Translations under genes and position numbers: made by a program
Assembly: GCA_964016885.1 (NCBI GenBank)
Contig: OZ024742.1
Coordinates: forward strand, 137,888,001 to 137,952,000
Source: Eledone cirrhosa
Lineage: Eukaryota
Direction: 5' to 3'
DNA: 64,000 nt
In this document: positions 16,510 through 31,500 of the stretch, in pieces
Position numbering within the stretch: position 1 is the stretch's first letter
Layout: every line of letters starts with the position of its first letter
The notes under the pieces: generated by a model
The model's database searches: none
What the model saw: only the letters and a program-made list of their open reading frames with translations
What the model was told of the DNA's origin: nothing

Positions 16510-17518
16510 GGTAAAATTCCCGAGATCCATGGACGAGTTCTCTGCGGTCTCTGTCCCTCATTATCGCGTCCATGTCCTGCGTCTCCAACAGACCTGTGTC
16601 TGTCCTTAGGGCATCAACACACGTTAACCTGGTGTTCCTCTTCTAATGTGTCCATGTAGGGGCTCCCACAGGAGCACTGAGTGCAATGTCAACTCTGGAT
16701 GTCGGTGAGCTTGTCCAGCTAACCTCAGTCTCCTCTGTGTCACTTTTGAGCTGACTTTTGGGATGCTCCCATACAACTCTGAGTTTTTCATCCTCAGTGT
16801 ATACTGATTAATGTTCAGAGCCATCCTCAGCATTCTTGTGTAGCACCCATCCACCATCTGAGTGACTTTCATGGTCAGTGTCCAAGTCTCAGACCCGTAT
16901 AGCAGCACAGACTCCACTACAGCAATGAAGAGGCGGATTTTCAGGTCTTTACGAAGGTCCGACTTCCACACCGATCTCAAGCTGTGGCACTTCGCACAGG
17001 CTTTGCTCTTCCTCTCAACCACATCATCTTCCGTATTCCCAATCTTTGCTCCCAAATACAGGAAGCCCTCAACCAATTCTAGCGGCTTCCCGCCTACATT
17101 AGTGATCCCCTCTGGCTTCTCAACATTCTCTACCAGATATTTTGTTTTAGTCTCATTCATTCTCAGCCCCACACTCATCGACACAGTCTCAACCTCCCGC
17201 ATCAAATCCTCTGCCTCCTTCACTGTATTTGTCACCAAAACTATGTCGTCGGCAAATTCAGCATCCGATACCTTTTTCGCTTTAACTCTCCTGCTCTGAG
17301 CCGGTGCTACAGTAAAGCTAGAGTCCTGGTGTTTCTTCATTGCAAGGCGCATACAATAGTCCTCGACGATGATAAAAAAGGTAGGGAGCCAATGTATCTC
17401 CCTGGAGCACTCCAGCCAGTATCTCAAAGAACTCTGTAATCCCATCAGGTGCAATGACTTGGGGTTTGGTGTTGGTGTAGAGCAGTGATATCAGGTCCAC
17501 TATCTTCTTAGGGATTCC

Positions 17519-17520
<2 letters not shown>
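16510..17520 (-). mobile_element. RTE-clade LINE, 3' part of RT ORF (frameshifted, 5' end lost in TA tract)
   Basis: [34 protein letters not shown]...RRG C-terminal motifs. Confidence 0.85.
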
Positions 17521-17603
<83 letters not shown>

Positions 17604-17626
17604 CATTTATATATATATATATGTAC

Positions 17627-17690
<64 letters not shown>

Positions 17691-17691
17691 G

Positions 17692-17723
<32 letters not shown>

Positions 17724-17724
17724 C

Positions 17725-17769
<45 letters not shown>

Positions 17770-17786
17770 AATATACATATATATAT

Positions 17787-17895
<109 letters not shown>

Positions 17896-19061
17896 GAGAG
17901 AAGGAGAGAGAGAGATGTGAGATTGGACAAAAAGATAGATAGATAGGTAGATATCTCGTTACGAACAAGAAACAGGTGGAAATTATGAAGAAACTGAAGA
18001 CAACGTGGAGATAATTCATATTTTGCAGCCATTTCATGTACACGACAAGTGGGAAACCTTGAAATACCAAACTAAAACTTTGGGAGGCACCCTAAAATAT
18101 TCCCGCTACACCCAATCGCTGTTGTATTGATTCCAATTGAAGCGGAGACCCAGTTCAACCTTTCGTATCTCACATTCAATGAAACTGAATATGCAGTATC
18201 GAAGCAAAATCAATGAGTGCATCGAGAAACAGCAGCATATGAAATATCTACAATGCCAAGGAGACCTCAAAGGATTTGCAATATTGCTGCAGCAAAGTTT
18301 GAAGGAGGATGCAAAACTTAGGACTAGTAAATGGCAGAACTCAGTCATCTTTTACGGAGTATAGGACAACAATTGAAATATTCGAACGATATTCTCCACA
18401 ATGTAGAAGAAAATGTGTTTTGTAGGGAAATGGATAAAGGAATATCGAGTTCTTATCTAGGAATGAAGGAATTGATACATCCAAGCATTGGCTGTTGTCA
18501 AATATTCCCATAATGCCTAAAGCAAAAAAAGGAGATTTGAAATTCAGACTACATTGCTTTATCTAGCGAATGCATACCCATGAGTGTCCCAGACTACAAT
18601 ACATAAAGCGTTAGATATTTTAATTTTTTCAGTTACATTTTGAGGATATTGTTTAATATATATCGATGTCATATACGTTTTTACACTTCCTCTCAAAAAC
18701 AAATATACGTTCGCTGATTTATCACATGCCACAACATACTTGTGAGGCACTGTTCTAGACTTCCGCCTGCAAGCTAACGGCTGATCATTTCACATACACA
18801 TGCGCCCTTAAACTAGTTCTCTGGGAGATTTGGCATCGCAGAGATTGTACCGAATTATCCGTACAACCCATTTGTGTTGGATTGGCGCAACGGAAAATAA
18901 AGTGTATTAATCAAGGACACCTGTATTTCAACTGAGTAGCATACCGTCATGAGACAAATAACCTAACTACTAAGCTACACGCTTTCTCAGTATCAAATTA
19001 GTATCTTGCAATGAGTCAATTCTGTTATTATTAGACTAGTTTCTGTAGTCGAAAGCTACTA

Positions 19062-19113
19062 ATCCAATTCAATTTTCAAATTGAACCGCGGTCTTCTAAT
19101 CACCTGCTCCTTT

Positions 19114-19145
<32 letters not shown>

Positions 19146-19216
19146 ACACATACGCACACACACACATATACACACACACATACGTGCACACACACACACA
19201 TATATATATATATATT

Positions 19217-19249
<33 letters not shown>

Positions 19250-19272
19250 GTATATATATGTATATATGTATG

Positions 19273-19348
<76 letters not shown>

Positions 19349-19369
19349 TGTGTGTGTGTGTGTGTGTAC

Positions 19370-19400
<31 letters not shown>

Positions 19401-19449
19401 GGAGCAGGTGATTAGAAGACCGCGGTTCAATTTGAAAACTGAATTGGAT
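19062..19449. repeat. ~55-bp inverted repeat enclosing a (CA)n-(TA)n-(TG)n tract
   Basis: ATCCAATTCAATTTTCAAATTGAACCGCGGTCTTCTAATCACCTGCTCCTTTA and its reverse complement, one mismatch. Confidence 0.8.
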
Positions 19450-20040
19450 ATATATATATATATATATATATAACGAAGGAAATGTGGTAAGGAACCAGGT
19501 GGACCATAACGCACCAAAGTACTCAATAATTAGGGTAGTAAAGTGGGTAATAGGAACGAGTAGGACCCCGACGGCTGAGCTCAAGCCGTTTCGACGGCTA
19601 ATCCTAGACTAAATGAAAATGTTTATCCTGGTATATGAATAGCCGAGCTTCTCAGTGGTTAATTCCATATATGGTAAAAGTGATTGTCACAAGGATTGGT
19701 CAAATGTTTGTTGTTGAAACACATAATTCTATCATGGCAATTTGTGGAAGGAAGGGGTAGCTGAACCTGCCAGTAGAAGAAATAGGGAGAGGGGGTAGAG
19801 GAAACCCAGTCGTGCGTTGATAGTGCCAACTACAGCAGGACCGGAGGTCAAAGAAGTATACTAGGGAGGGGGAGGGGGAGGAAGTCGAAACAATAAGTAA
19901 AACAATATGGGGTAAATATATAGAAGAATACCGAGAATGTTAAAAAAAACAATTAAATATAAAAAAAAACAATTTCTGGTTACTATTCCCTAACGACAGC
20001 CATCGAGTCTCTCACTGGTACTGCTAGACTATAGAACAGT

Positions 20041-20900
20041 TTACTAGGTGGGACGGAATTATAATGAGACCCTTTTAAGAGGTATTCTTCTATATATTTA
20101 CCCCATATTGTTTTATATGGCGTCTATCACATCTGCTATAAAAAGCGGAGTCGGCCAATTCTATCATAGAATGGAGGAAGGGGGTGGGGGTACTGAGGCT
20201 ACAAAGGACCGAGGGGCTGGCTCGGGTGGGCGAGAAAGTGAAAAGGACGACGACAAAGAAAGAGGACTGGGGTGAAAGGACTAGGAAGGGATGGGGGGAA
20301 GAAGGAAATATAGAGGAAGCGATAAAAAGATATAAAAGAAGATCTTACGTCTACCTTTGCAAGCAGGGGTTACCCATTACAAAGTCGGCAAGTGGGGTGT
20401 TATAGCCCTTGTCTACCCCCCCCCTCAGGTCATTATGGGGTTTGAGGGCGAGTTAAGTCCTACGCAATCTGTGTGTGCATGCAGTTACCAGTTCGTCTTT
20501 CTTGTTTAGGAGTTGGTCCGTCGAAAACAGGATTTGTAAAGTTTCCTCCGAGCATAAATTTCACGCCCGGCGTCCTCCCGTGTAAGAGTTGGCTCTGGAC
20601 AGTAAGCTCCAAGTGAGATCATAGGTAATGTTGTTATCCTTGAGGTCCCAGATGTGGCCCGAAAGTGTGGTGGCGTGACGCCGGGCCGGGTTTCGGAAGG
20701 TATGTCTGTGTTGGTATAGCCAGGTTTTGAAGTCACATACGGTTAATCCTATATAAGCTTTGTTGGAGGTGTCCGTCCTCACGTTGCACTGGTAGACCAC
20801 ATTACGATCTCTGCATCTGACCAGTCACCGTAAGATATACTCGGTTGATTACTACTACCTCTTAAAAGGGTCTCATTATAATTCCGTCCCACCTAGTAAA
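20041..20900 (-). mobile_element. 5'-truncated PLE (GIY-YIG and 3' region) with inverted 5' fragment
   Basis: VYQCNVRTDTSNKAYIGLTVCDFKTW...LSGHIWDLK; 20857-20900 is the reverse complement of 20041-20084. Confidence 0.8.
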
Positions 20901-20944
20901 TATATATATATATATATATATATATAAGTTCTTCACCTCAAGAA

Positions 20945-21140
20945 TAGTGGCCGACTGGCTAGCGAATTGTATTCGCAATCGTGAGGTTGTGTGTTCGATT
21001 CCAGAACCGGGCGACGTGGTGTGTTCTTGGGCAAGACACTTTATTTTTCACGTTGCTCCTTCTACCTGGAGTATTAGCAATTTGAAAGACCAATGGAAAC
21101 ATTGTTTCTTCGGTCCGATTTGACAAAAGTCGATCGACTG
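20945..21140 (+). mobile_element. tRNA-derived CORE-type SINE (family B)
   Basis: B-box GTTCGATTCC, CORE-like GTGTTCTTGGGCAAGACACTTTAT; homologous copies at 27142-27332 and 55735-55952. Confidence 0.75.
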
Positions 21141-21335
21141 TCGATATATATATATATATATTATATATATATATACATGGACTCGTAACTCATGCTGGAG
21201 ACATAGGGGTGATGTATTGCCATATGGCGTTTCGTGGGAATTTTAGTTTACATGTGTCGCAGAGTTCATCCCACTTCCAAGCCTGAATATATTAGACAAG
21301 TCTTCCCTACCACTCACTCTCTCTCTCCTTCCAAA

Positions 21336-21390
<55 letters not shown>

Positions 21391-22686
21391 AGACAGACAG
21401 AGAGAGAAGAAACGAGAAACTGATTAAGAAGAATATATCCGTGTTTTGAACTATTAACTATATTTATTGGGCCCCGAAATAATGTCAGGCAAGATTGAGT
21501 TCGTGGGCTTTGAACTATGAGAGCAGACTGAGGTGGAGCGAATACAGCAAAACTTTCTCCCTGATAATTCCATATTGCGACCTCTTACCTTGTATTAAAA
21601 TAACGGTATTTTGGTCTATTCATTTAGAGTTACATTATGCTTAATTGGCTTCCTGGTGTGCTGAATTGTGATTTTGATATGTACAGACAATCACCTTGAG
21701 AAATTATTGAATATATATATGGCATCTTCACTTGAACTGAAAATAGAGTAGAATTTGGTTTATTCCATTTCGGTCAACTTCTCGTTTCAATCATAATATG
21801 TGTAAACATGTTGAAATGTATGTCAACATTTTGGAAATGATGAGGCAATTTGGTGGTTTGTTGAACTGCACAATGAAGAATAGAAATTGAGAGAGAATGA
21901 TTTGGAGGGAACAGCTCTGATTATTGCTGGGAAAAGGCGATAATTTCATAATATAAATATGTCGACTTCTAGCCTGGGAGATTTGCCAAACCATTCCAAT
22001 CATGTTTTTATAGTTTTATAGCTCGTGTTTTATATTTTACTCTTCTTGTGGATTTCTATGTTTGAAATAGTAAATACCCCTTTGCATGAAACAATAATAT
22101 ATATATAATGCCAGTCCTTAATTTACAACGCTTCTGTTTGTTGATTCAGTGTCAGTAAAGCTAACTTTAGGTGACTGTTTAACAAGTGAAGTGTCACCTT
22201 ATTTTCCCCATTAAATTTAACTAATAAATTCGATGTGAACGATAACGTATGCCAGACCTCTTTTATTTCGACTATGTATGATTTGCGTTCAAATATTTGA
22301 TTGGAAATTGTATGTTTTAAATGATATAATGTTGAATCGATCAAAGAATTCTTCCAAATAAAACATGTTTCAATTATCTTAACTGATTCAATATGGTTGG
22401 CAGTTCATTGACAGGAACTGCAGAGTTTCCATATTCTCAGTTCAAATCTTCACTTAAACTGACTTTACCATTCATCACTTCATAGTAGATAAACAATTGT
22501 TAGCGATTTATTGATAATGATTTAATCGACTATTCCCACTCCCATTTAACACAAGCAACCATGCCTCTGAGAAATCAATATTTCCTTCATGATAGATTTT
22601 AATTGAAAAGTAAATCTAATAAAAATTAATTTATTCTTAAGTAGAAACTATTCTTATCATTAATTATCACGAGTTAATATATTTCT

Positions 22687-23630
22687 GGCTATAGCTATTC
22701 GGCTAAGAAACCAGTTGCACGTGACGTATAGCGATACAACCACCAGATATCGCGGTTGGTTGCGATATAGGTGGGCACCTGCTGGACGAATAAGTGGTTC
22801 CTGACCAACAGTGTAAACTACTAGGCGAGTCTGAAGAATGGGTGATCCTCTTAACTCCCAAGAAAAGTCTCACAACTCAGTGATGTATCTACGACGAGGC
22901 GAATAAAAACTTCCTCTAAAACATCTAGTTTTCACGGTTCTGAGCAAAGTAACAAATCGGTGGCTAGCGCAAATAAGACCACCAAAACACTGCAATATGA
23001 CCAGAAACAGTAAAGACATCCTGCTACCTCTCCCCGATGGCGTGGGATGGATACACAAGGTTTATATATCCCGAAGCGCCAGAAAAGTTCAGAAAGGGAA
23101 TAAATCTTGACAATTGTTAACTGGAACGTTACAACTCACGCATGCAAGGAGCAGGAATTATTGGAGAGCATATGCCACCGGCTGGATATTGTGAGACTTT
23201 CCTCAAAGTTCTGTGGCTCTGGTACTGTAAATTTAAATGGAGAATAAAAACTCCACCATTCTAGTGTGGCGCCAGAAAAGACTGCGCAGGTGGGAATGGG
23301 AATACTCCAATCTCCCCGGCTGTCAGAATGTGTTATGTTCTGGATCCCATTAGGAGGGAGTATTTGTTCTTGAGGTTTAGGCCTCTTCGCGAAGTCCAAG
23401 TTATGCGCCCAGTAGAGAGCCCGAATAACGATCCTTTCTCGATGACATATGTCCTAATAGGAGGCTTCAATTCACAAGTTGGCCCTGAGTACCTGACATG
23501 GAAAGGAATGATTGGACAGAACGGTGATCCCGATCTAAACAGGAATGGAGAGGCCTTATTAGACACCTGTTCTAGTAATAGGCTCTCTATTATGAATACC
23601 TTCTTCCAGCACAAAGACATACAGTAACAC
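22687..23630 (+). mobile_element. RTE-clade LINE 5' fragment (5' UTR + decayed AP-endonuclease)
   Basis: IVNWNV, GGFNSQVG (GDFN box), WKGMIGQNG.PDLNRNG..LLD.C....LSIMNTFFQHK. Confidence 0.75.
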
Positions 23631-24182
23631 ACGTCAAACCCCTTTTAACTAATTTTTAATACACACTTTACTGAGTATTCTATTCTTGAAACATTGATTA
23701 ATTTCCGGAAATGAGTGTAACCTTGTGGAACATTAAATTAAAATACCATATAGACGAATCCTTACTTATGTAAAATACATGTAACCCCCAAAGGTCTTAA
23801 GGACAAACAGGCAGTTCAGTAGCAGCTTTTCATGTTGTTATCTGGGATTGATATATTAGATTAATATATATATAATATCAAAGTTACGACCTGACTTTAT
23901 GAAACTATATGCTCTGGAATTTTCTTCTGGTGATATATCTAATTTTATTCATGGCACGATCATACAGTGGGTCCACGTATAGGAAACATTCTAGTTATAA
24001 TCATATAGACAGTAATTCTTCTGTACGAGACTACATTTAAATTTTACGCCGTAAACACTATTACTACACAAAATCCAATGAAATGTTTGATTCATAATAT
24101 GTACTTTCCTATTTCAACTGCTAAGGTAACATCCTATACCAACACTTCTTTCTTTATATTAAATGCTTGATTATGCATATAC

Positions 24183-24227
<45 letters not shown>

Positions 24228-24471
24228 TATAACGAAGGAATTGTGGTAAGGAACCAGATGGACCATAACGCACCAGGGTAGTATAGTCCAGAAATAGCCG
24301 TCGAAACGGCTTGAGCTCTGCCGTCGGGGTCATACTTTTTCCTATATATATTTTTGTTCATATATATTGTTCCTATATATATTTTCCTATATATATTTTT
24401 TGTATCCAAGGAAAACTTCAATCGTTAAGGTATGTTCCTTGGCTATGTCAAAATTTATAAAACACACTTTG

Positions 24472-24533
24472 TATTTTATCTGATGAAAGCGTACCAAAGT
24501 TTTTTGTACCCTTGAAATATATAAAATAGAATA
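24472..24533 (+). ncRNA. Degenerate type I hammerhead (same family as 33659-33724)
   Basis: TATTTTAT-CTGATGA-AAGCGTAC...GTACCCTT-GAAA; cleavage triplet appears mutated to AAA. Confidence 0.6.
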
Positions 24534-24668
24534 AATATGGTTTTACAAATATAGTTTCCACTTATTTTAATATCATTGAATTATACTCCAGAAAACATGT
24601 CGAGTGCTCTGAATCAGTTATAAACATTTATATTTGTTGAATTACCAACAAATTGAATATCACTTCTT

Positions 24669-24722
<54 letters not shown>

Positions 24723-25597
24723 GTGTTCAAGTAGGTATGCATGCGTGCGTGTGTGTGGATGATGGACGCATGATATTAACAAATGTCAAATGCAAGTGTA
24801 TCCGCCACGACACTCAAGTGCAGCAAACATCAAGAAGCTCAATTGCTTCAACCTAAAAATTCTCTATAATTTTAAGAACCTTCATCATTCTCTGGTCGTC
24901 CTACTGAAAGGTTAAGAGGTACTCATCCCTTCCGATGCTGGTATGCGTGGAAAATGGTCCTATTTAATTTCGACGCTTAATAAAAATGTTGTCGAAACTA
25001 TCAGATTCAACATTCAGAATGCATGGAATAAAACCAGGGTCTTCACTTGTATTTGTGGAGCTATCAACACCCTTCCTTCACACGCTGAACTCTGATATAG
25101 TGTGAGATTTTTATAGACAGTTTGTTTAACCGCTCAATTTTATGTAGATCGAAAAAAACAATTCCAAACAGGAATGATGACCCTGATTATTGTTTAATTT
25201 GAAAGTGGAAATGTGTATCTTCTAATGTAAAAAACAGAGTGAAACAAGATTAGCGGCTGGCTCTAGAATTTTATAATATTTTCCTTGTCTGAAGTTTGGA
25301 AAAGTACGTATGGGTCATTATAGACAATTGATTCATTATAGACATATGCAATATGTAGATCAGCACTTAGCTGAGGTAGGAACAGATCCTTGAACAAGCG
25401 TTTGTTTACGACTATGCTCTAGTACCTTAAACCTGTTTCGATTTATAAAATTAGGGTAGTGAAAGTCCAGAAAAAGAAATTCGTTTGCCAATGGTACGTG
25501 GCATCACCACCTTCTCCACATTCTTGGTACAGCAGCGAAAGAAAACTACATCCTACCAAGGCAGAAAGACTTACCGACACACATGTAAAATATTTAT

Positions 25598-25696
25598 ATT
25601 TGTTTCTACTTTAGGCACAAGGCCAGCAATTACCCAGTGCATTACTGGTACTTTATTTTATCGACCCCGTAAGAATGAAAGGCAAAGTCAACCTCG
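25598..25696 (-). mobile_element. SINE family A fragment
   Basis: Reverse complement of core and tail. Confidence 0.75.
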
Positions 25697-26673
25697 TAAT
25701 ATTGCAGAGGGATATCTAAACCATCGTAGACAAGTTGCTATGGACATTTGAAGTATCAGAAAGAGCGCTTTTCCAAATTAATATCAGGGATTTCATACCT
25801 ACGTTTTCATCACAGGGTCAGCGTTTCCTCTCGGTAGTGTTAAACCATAACAGAATCTAAGGGTATAGAGTCGAATATTCTACAGAGAATCTTTTTAGAC
25901 TATTGGTGACAGAAAATTGCCTACATCAAAACCACCTTATCAAAACCACCAACATCATATCTTATCTTCATTATACAGATATCAATCTAATGTACAATTA
26001 ATATATTACAACTTATATGAATTGTAAAGAGTTATTCTTTCATCATGTTATATTGAAGTTTAAAATTTCTCATCTTCATCATTTATTTATGTTTACTTTA
26101 TAATATTAGTGTTACCAAGCCCATTATTCTATTAACACTTCAAAACATTTTGTGCCACATCTGTAAAATGAAATGAAGGCATAAAGCATGTCGTCTATAC
26201 CATGAAGCTATCCTAAGGATGAGATTGTCCTTCTCTTCCCGCGTTACAAATACATAGAGAAAACATTTGCCAAATTTTGGGATATAAATATACTTAACAA
26301 AAAAGAAGACTAACCCCAAACTCAGTCTTATCTATATTTAACACACACGTGAGGATACGCATAACTATGTGTTGAACCCACGTCGGTTCAGACGATGAGT
26401 GTCAGTTGATTTAATCAACGGTACATTTTATTTGTGAATATAACGTGGAAGGAGCCGAGCCTTCAGCAAACATGTGTACCTTTAACTTAGCATTGAAGAG
26501 AAACAACGGGACCTATAACGTGACAAGCCTGGACTTTTGAATTAGATGGGCAACCATTTTTTTCCAGGTGAGTGAAGTGGATAATCACGAAATATAGTTT
26601 CTTGCTCAAGAACGCAATTTGCAACGATCATATGGCTACAACCCTAAAGACTTTCACTATATTAGTATACATT

Positions 26674-27125
<452 letters not shown>

Positions 27126-27141
27126 TATACATATACATATG

Positions 27142-27332
27142 AAGGTGTGTAGCTGATTGGTTAGAGAACTGGATTCGCAATCGTGAGGTTGTCAGTTCGA
27201 TTCCTGGAACGGGCGATGCGTTATTTCACGTTGCTCCTCCTACCTGGAGTTGCGACCGATAGATAGTATTAGCAATTGGAAAGACCAACGGAAACATTGT
27301 TTCCTGAGTTCGATTTGGCGAGAGTCGTTCCA
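27142..27332 (+). mobile_element. SINE family B
   Basis: A-box TAGCTGATTGG, B-box GTTCGATTCC; homologous to 20945-21140. Confidence 0.75.
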
Positions 27333-27401
27333 CAATTTATATATATACATATATATTTATATATCATATGCATATACATGATACATACACCCACACGTAC
27401 C

Positions 27402-27433
<32 letters not shown>

Positions 27434-28335
27434 TTTTCACCTCTTTACGAAACGTAGTGATGTACAACGAATTGAAACATTTTACCTCAGTTTTTGTTGT
27501 GGTTATCGTATGTTATTCCTTAGCACCAGATCGACTGTCATAAACTTTCAGTCAATATGCACGTAAATGTGCGTGGCCTGGATTAAGCGTCAACAAGCGA
27601 TAGTAAAATTTTACTAAAATATACTATTGGTTACTGCTTCTAACATGTACCTTCATATACGAATATTTTTCTTATTTTGTTTTCTCTAACCATATAACAG
27701 AATGAAATCAACTCAACAGAATTGCAGACAAACATCACGCGCATTGCAGAGTAGTACAAATGCTCGCACTCAACCTTTCAATATCTCTGATTTTGGTTTT
27801 CTTTGCCGATTTGTTACAACACAATCTTATCAACAGAGATCAATATTGATCATTGATTGGGAAGGTCGGAAAGACCTTGATACTAAAGGTTATCTGTATG
27901 TTCACGTTTCTCAAAAATATTTAATGAAACAATTGTAATAAAAATATAAATGATGTCAATAAGAAATGAAAGTATACAGACAAATCAATATTTACAAAAC
28001 ACATGGCAATAGAATATGTTGAAAAATTAATGAACAATATAACGCAATGAACGGCGAATATACATTCAAATTCCATTCATAAACACCATTAGTGATACAG
28101 TCTGTCTTTTCTTTTTTTCCTATAATTTTTTTGAACCGTACAAATAACATAAACGATATAACAGCTAGCATGAATTCAAATCAAGTAGTTGAGTCAAATC
28201 TTTGAAAGGATAGTTCTTTATATGACGCTTGTATATAATGATGTTGAAGATGATGGTGATGGAAATGAGAAAAACAACGACAGTGATGACTACAGCGGCA
28301 GCGACGACGACCACGTCGACGATGATGACGACAAT

Positions 28336-28520
28336 AATTGTTTCTACTTTAGGCACAAGGCCAGCAATTACCCTGTGCATTACTGGTACTTTATTTTATC
28401 GACCACGTAAGGATGAAAGGCAAAGTTAATCTCGGTGGGATTTGAACTCAGAATGGCAAGGGCCGTGACTCTATGCGTCAATGCATGGCGTTCGACCCTC
28501 TACCGATACTGCCAATCCAC
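28336..28520 (-). mobile_element. SINE family A, full length
   Basis: Reverse complement of the 568-753 SINE. Confidence 0.85.
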
Positions 28521-31500
28521 ATTAATGATGATCATGATAACAATCATGAGGATGATGATGATGATAAAGTTGCTGCTGCAGATATTGACCATGATAATGA
28601 ATTATTAGATAATAAAATAATTCCTTTATTACCACAACGGTTAAATATAATGGGAATTGCAAAGTGTATATTATATATATAAAGCTGTTGGGTCTTGATG
28701 AATATACGACAAATGGAAACGGATGAACGAAGAAAGTTAATATGAAATATGTGTGTATGTATGGGTGTATATGTGAGTCTGTCTTTCTGTGTGTATCTTT
28801 GGGTGTATGTTACCACAATATACAAATAATAGTAATATATCAGTGAAAGCCCACACAAATCATAAATGTTCCGCCAACGACGCTCAGCCACAACATCTCA
28901 TGAAAATGTGAATATCTAGATATAATAGGAAATATGGGAACAAAAAATATTCCACATCTAATGAACATATCTACAGTAGCTGGAAAAGTTAAAAATCCAA
29001 ACTTCTAAATATAACTAGCATCATAAATTGCTGGTACATTATGAGAAAACCGTCATTTTCCGCCAAACTAGGGAAAGGCCAAATCCCGAAAGGTTTATAT
29101 GTGTAAACAACCAGTTCATGTCACATAAAGCCTTAACTACAATATTAACTCATACAATAAAAAACGTAGCTGAACAAAGGAATCGACGGGATAATGCAAA
29201 AGCCTATATACATTAAAGATCGGTTAGTGATCGATAAAGCTATAAGCTAAAAGGAAAGAATGATTCAGCAAGCCATATGTTGATTAACAGCTTGCTGAAT
29301 CTTTTGTCGACCCGACCATAGCGTTTGCTATGGGTAAGGATGTACAAACAATCCACGAATAAATGGCACACAATGAATAGTATAATTACAAACATTCAGT
29401 TAGAAATATTGAGTTTCCGTGTTACTGATGCGAGGTTTTATCAGCATTTCCCTTTCCCTTCGATAACAACAATGGTATGGAGCGTAAAGACAGCTATGTA
29501 TGTGAGAATGCGGGTTTTGCGCACAAAAACACCTTGCTCAGTCTTGGAAGTTAAAGGGGAAATGTCCAGTTGCAAACTCATTGTTAAATATAATAATAAT
29601 ATACCTATTATCTACTCACAGTCTTTGGGAAACTTTTGCTATGGCAAACTGCACCTATGTTTGTGGGTAGGATTTAATAATGTTTTTTCTAGTTCATACT
29701 TATTCAAGGTTTTTCCATCGACATCATGTATCACATCAAATTTAGATGACTCCGTATTTTTCGTTTCTATTTCTGTCTACTTTTATAATTCGTAGGTTCA
29801 CTTCATCTCTATTCAAATACTCATTTGAAAACAATCACTGCAATTCACTATACATATGCATATGAGTGACAAATTTTACTCTGGATAAAATGGTCATTGA
29901 TCAAATGTAGATTAACAACATGTTGAATTGAACTCAAATTGCAACATGAAAAATATTTCAATATTGCTTTTGATGTATTGTATGCTATTTAGATGATAAA
30001 TATATGTATGGCATTATATTAACATAATGCATGCATCACGCTGCATAGCAAATATTTTCTGTCTCCCATTTTCTAAACTTGTTGGTCATAACCATAGTGT
30101 GTTTTCATTGTTTCCTTCCTCCATTTAAAGGTTCAACAATTTTACATGCTCTCAAGTTATTGAGGAAAACAATTTAATACAATTTAACCAACGGCTCCCT
30201 GCTTTCGTTCATATATACTGTCGAATATATTCCTTCAGGAATATTTCTCACACTTGTTATACGTGACCAATTAAATAAAGTACGATGGCAACTTTCCTTA
30301 TATTGTTTAGTAATAGAACAGTCTTAATCGGCCAAACCAATTATTAAGCGAAAGAAGAAGAGAGGAACTGGCTTTGTCGTTTTGCATTTTTGTATAATTA
30401 AGATGTTTGAGGATGTTTCGAAGGATAGCTGCTTGTTAGTTACAGCCATCTGTCTCCTGTGTTTAGAAGACAGATTTGCCACCAATATTTTCTCTCGTTA
30501 TCTCGACTAGAGATAATTGGCCACACATCAGCAGTTCCTATTACTGAAATACGATCCGATAGTATCTCAAACACTTAAACATGTGAAAAAGAAAGTTGTC
30601 TGTGAGTTACCGGTCATCGTTACAATCGTCGGTAAAATAATAAATATATCGATGAATGTATTGTCGTGGTATTTCAAAGCCCCATTGTACGCAGGCCATG
30701 AAAGAGTGACTTGTCATACCATGTGAATAATCATGTAGCGATGTGTCTCATCCATTTCAGTCCATCCTTATATTGTTTCCACATTCATGGCACCTCATCT
30801 TCCCTACATTCTAGTTCTTCTCCTTACCTTTTGTTTCTGAGATATTCTTTTTTGTATTTCTAATCTCATTTTTATACATGATTCTGTTTTTTTTGTTTCC
30901 TCTTCTTAACATTTCTCCTTCCCCTACTTACCATTTACCTTCTTGTTTTCTGTAGTACTCTCATTGATCTTTCACGACTTCTCCTCCTACTATTAACATC
31001 TACTACTTATCTTTCACCCACCATTTCTTACCTCTTTTCTTTCTTTCCTTGCCTGTTTATTTCACTTTGATTTTTTTTCTCATTCATATTCATCTTTATA
31101 TAACATGAAGTAACATCCTTCTTTTTCACTTTCCTTTGATCCCTCTTTTTCGTTACATTTTTCATATCCTTTCTGTCTTTCTTGCGTTTCATTTTTTCCA
31201 CTTTCTTTCCTTTCATGAGTCTCGCCAGTTTCCCTCACATACACTTCATGTCTTTCTCACTGACTGAGCACTTTTTCTCTTTTCAATGCTCTCCATATTC
31301 ATTTTTGTTTTTGTTTTTGTTTTCCTTCATCATTCGTATCCGGTATCATTTTTCTCGCTGCCTTCTTAATTGTTCTTATTTATTCTCTCACCTAGCAAAC
31401 TTATACAAAATTCATTATCGTCAACAGAACAGACTAAAAGCATTTGCACTTTATATCCACTTTTCTCCCAATTAAATAGGCATTGCTTCGTTAAGTTTCA

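Noticed and set aside
17955-18560. Possible decayed hAT-type transposase fragment
   Set aside because: Only a vague resemblance; no TIRs or clear motifs
29620-30270. Short minus-strand open frames with splice-like signals
   Set aside because: No consistent frame or identifiable product
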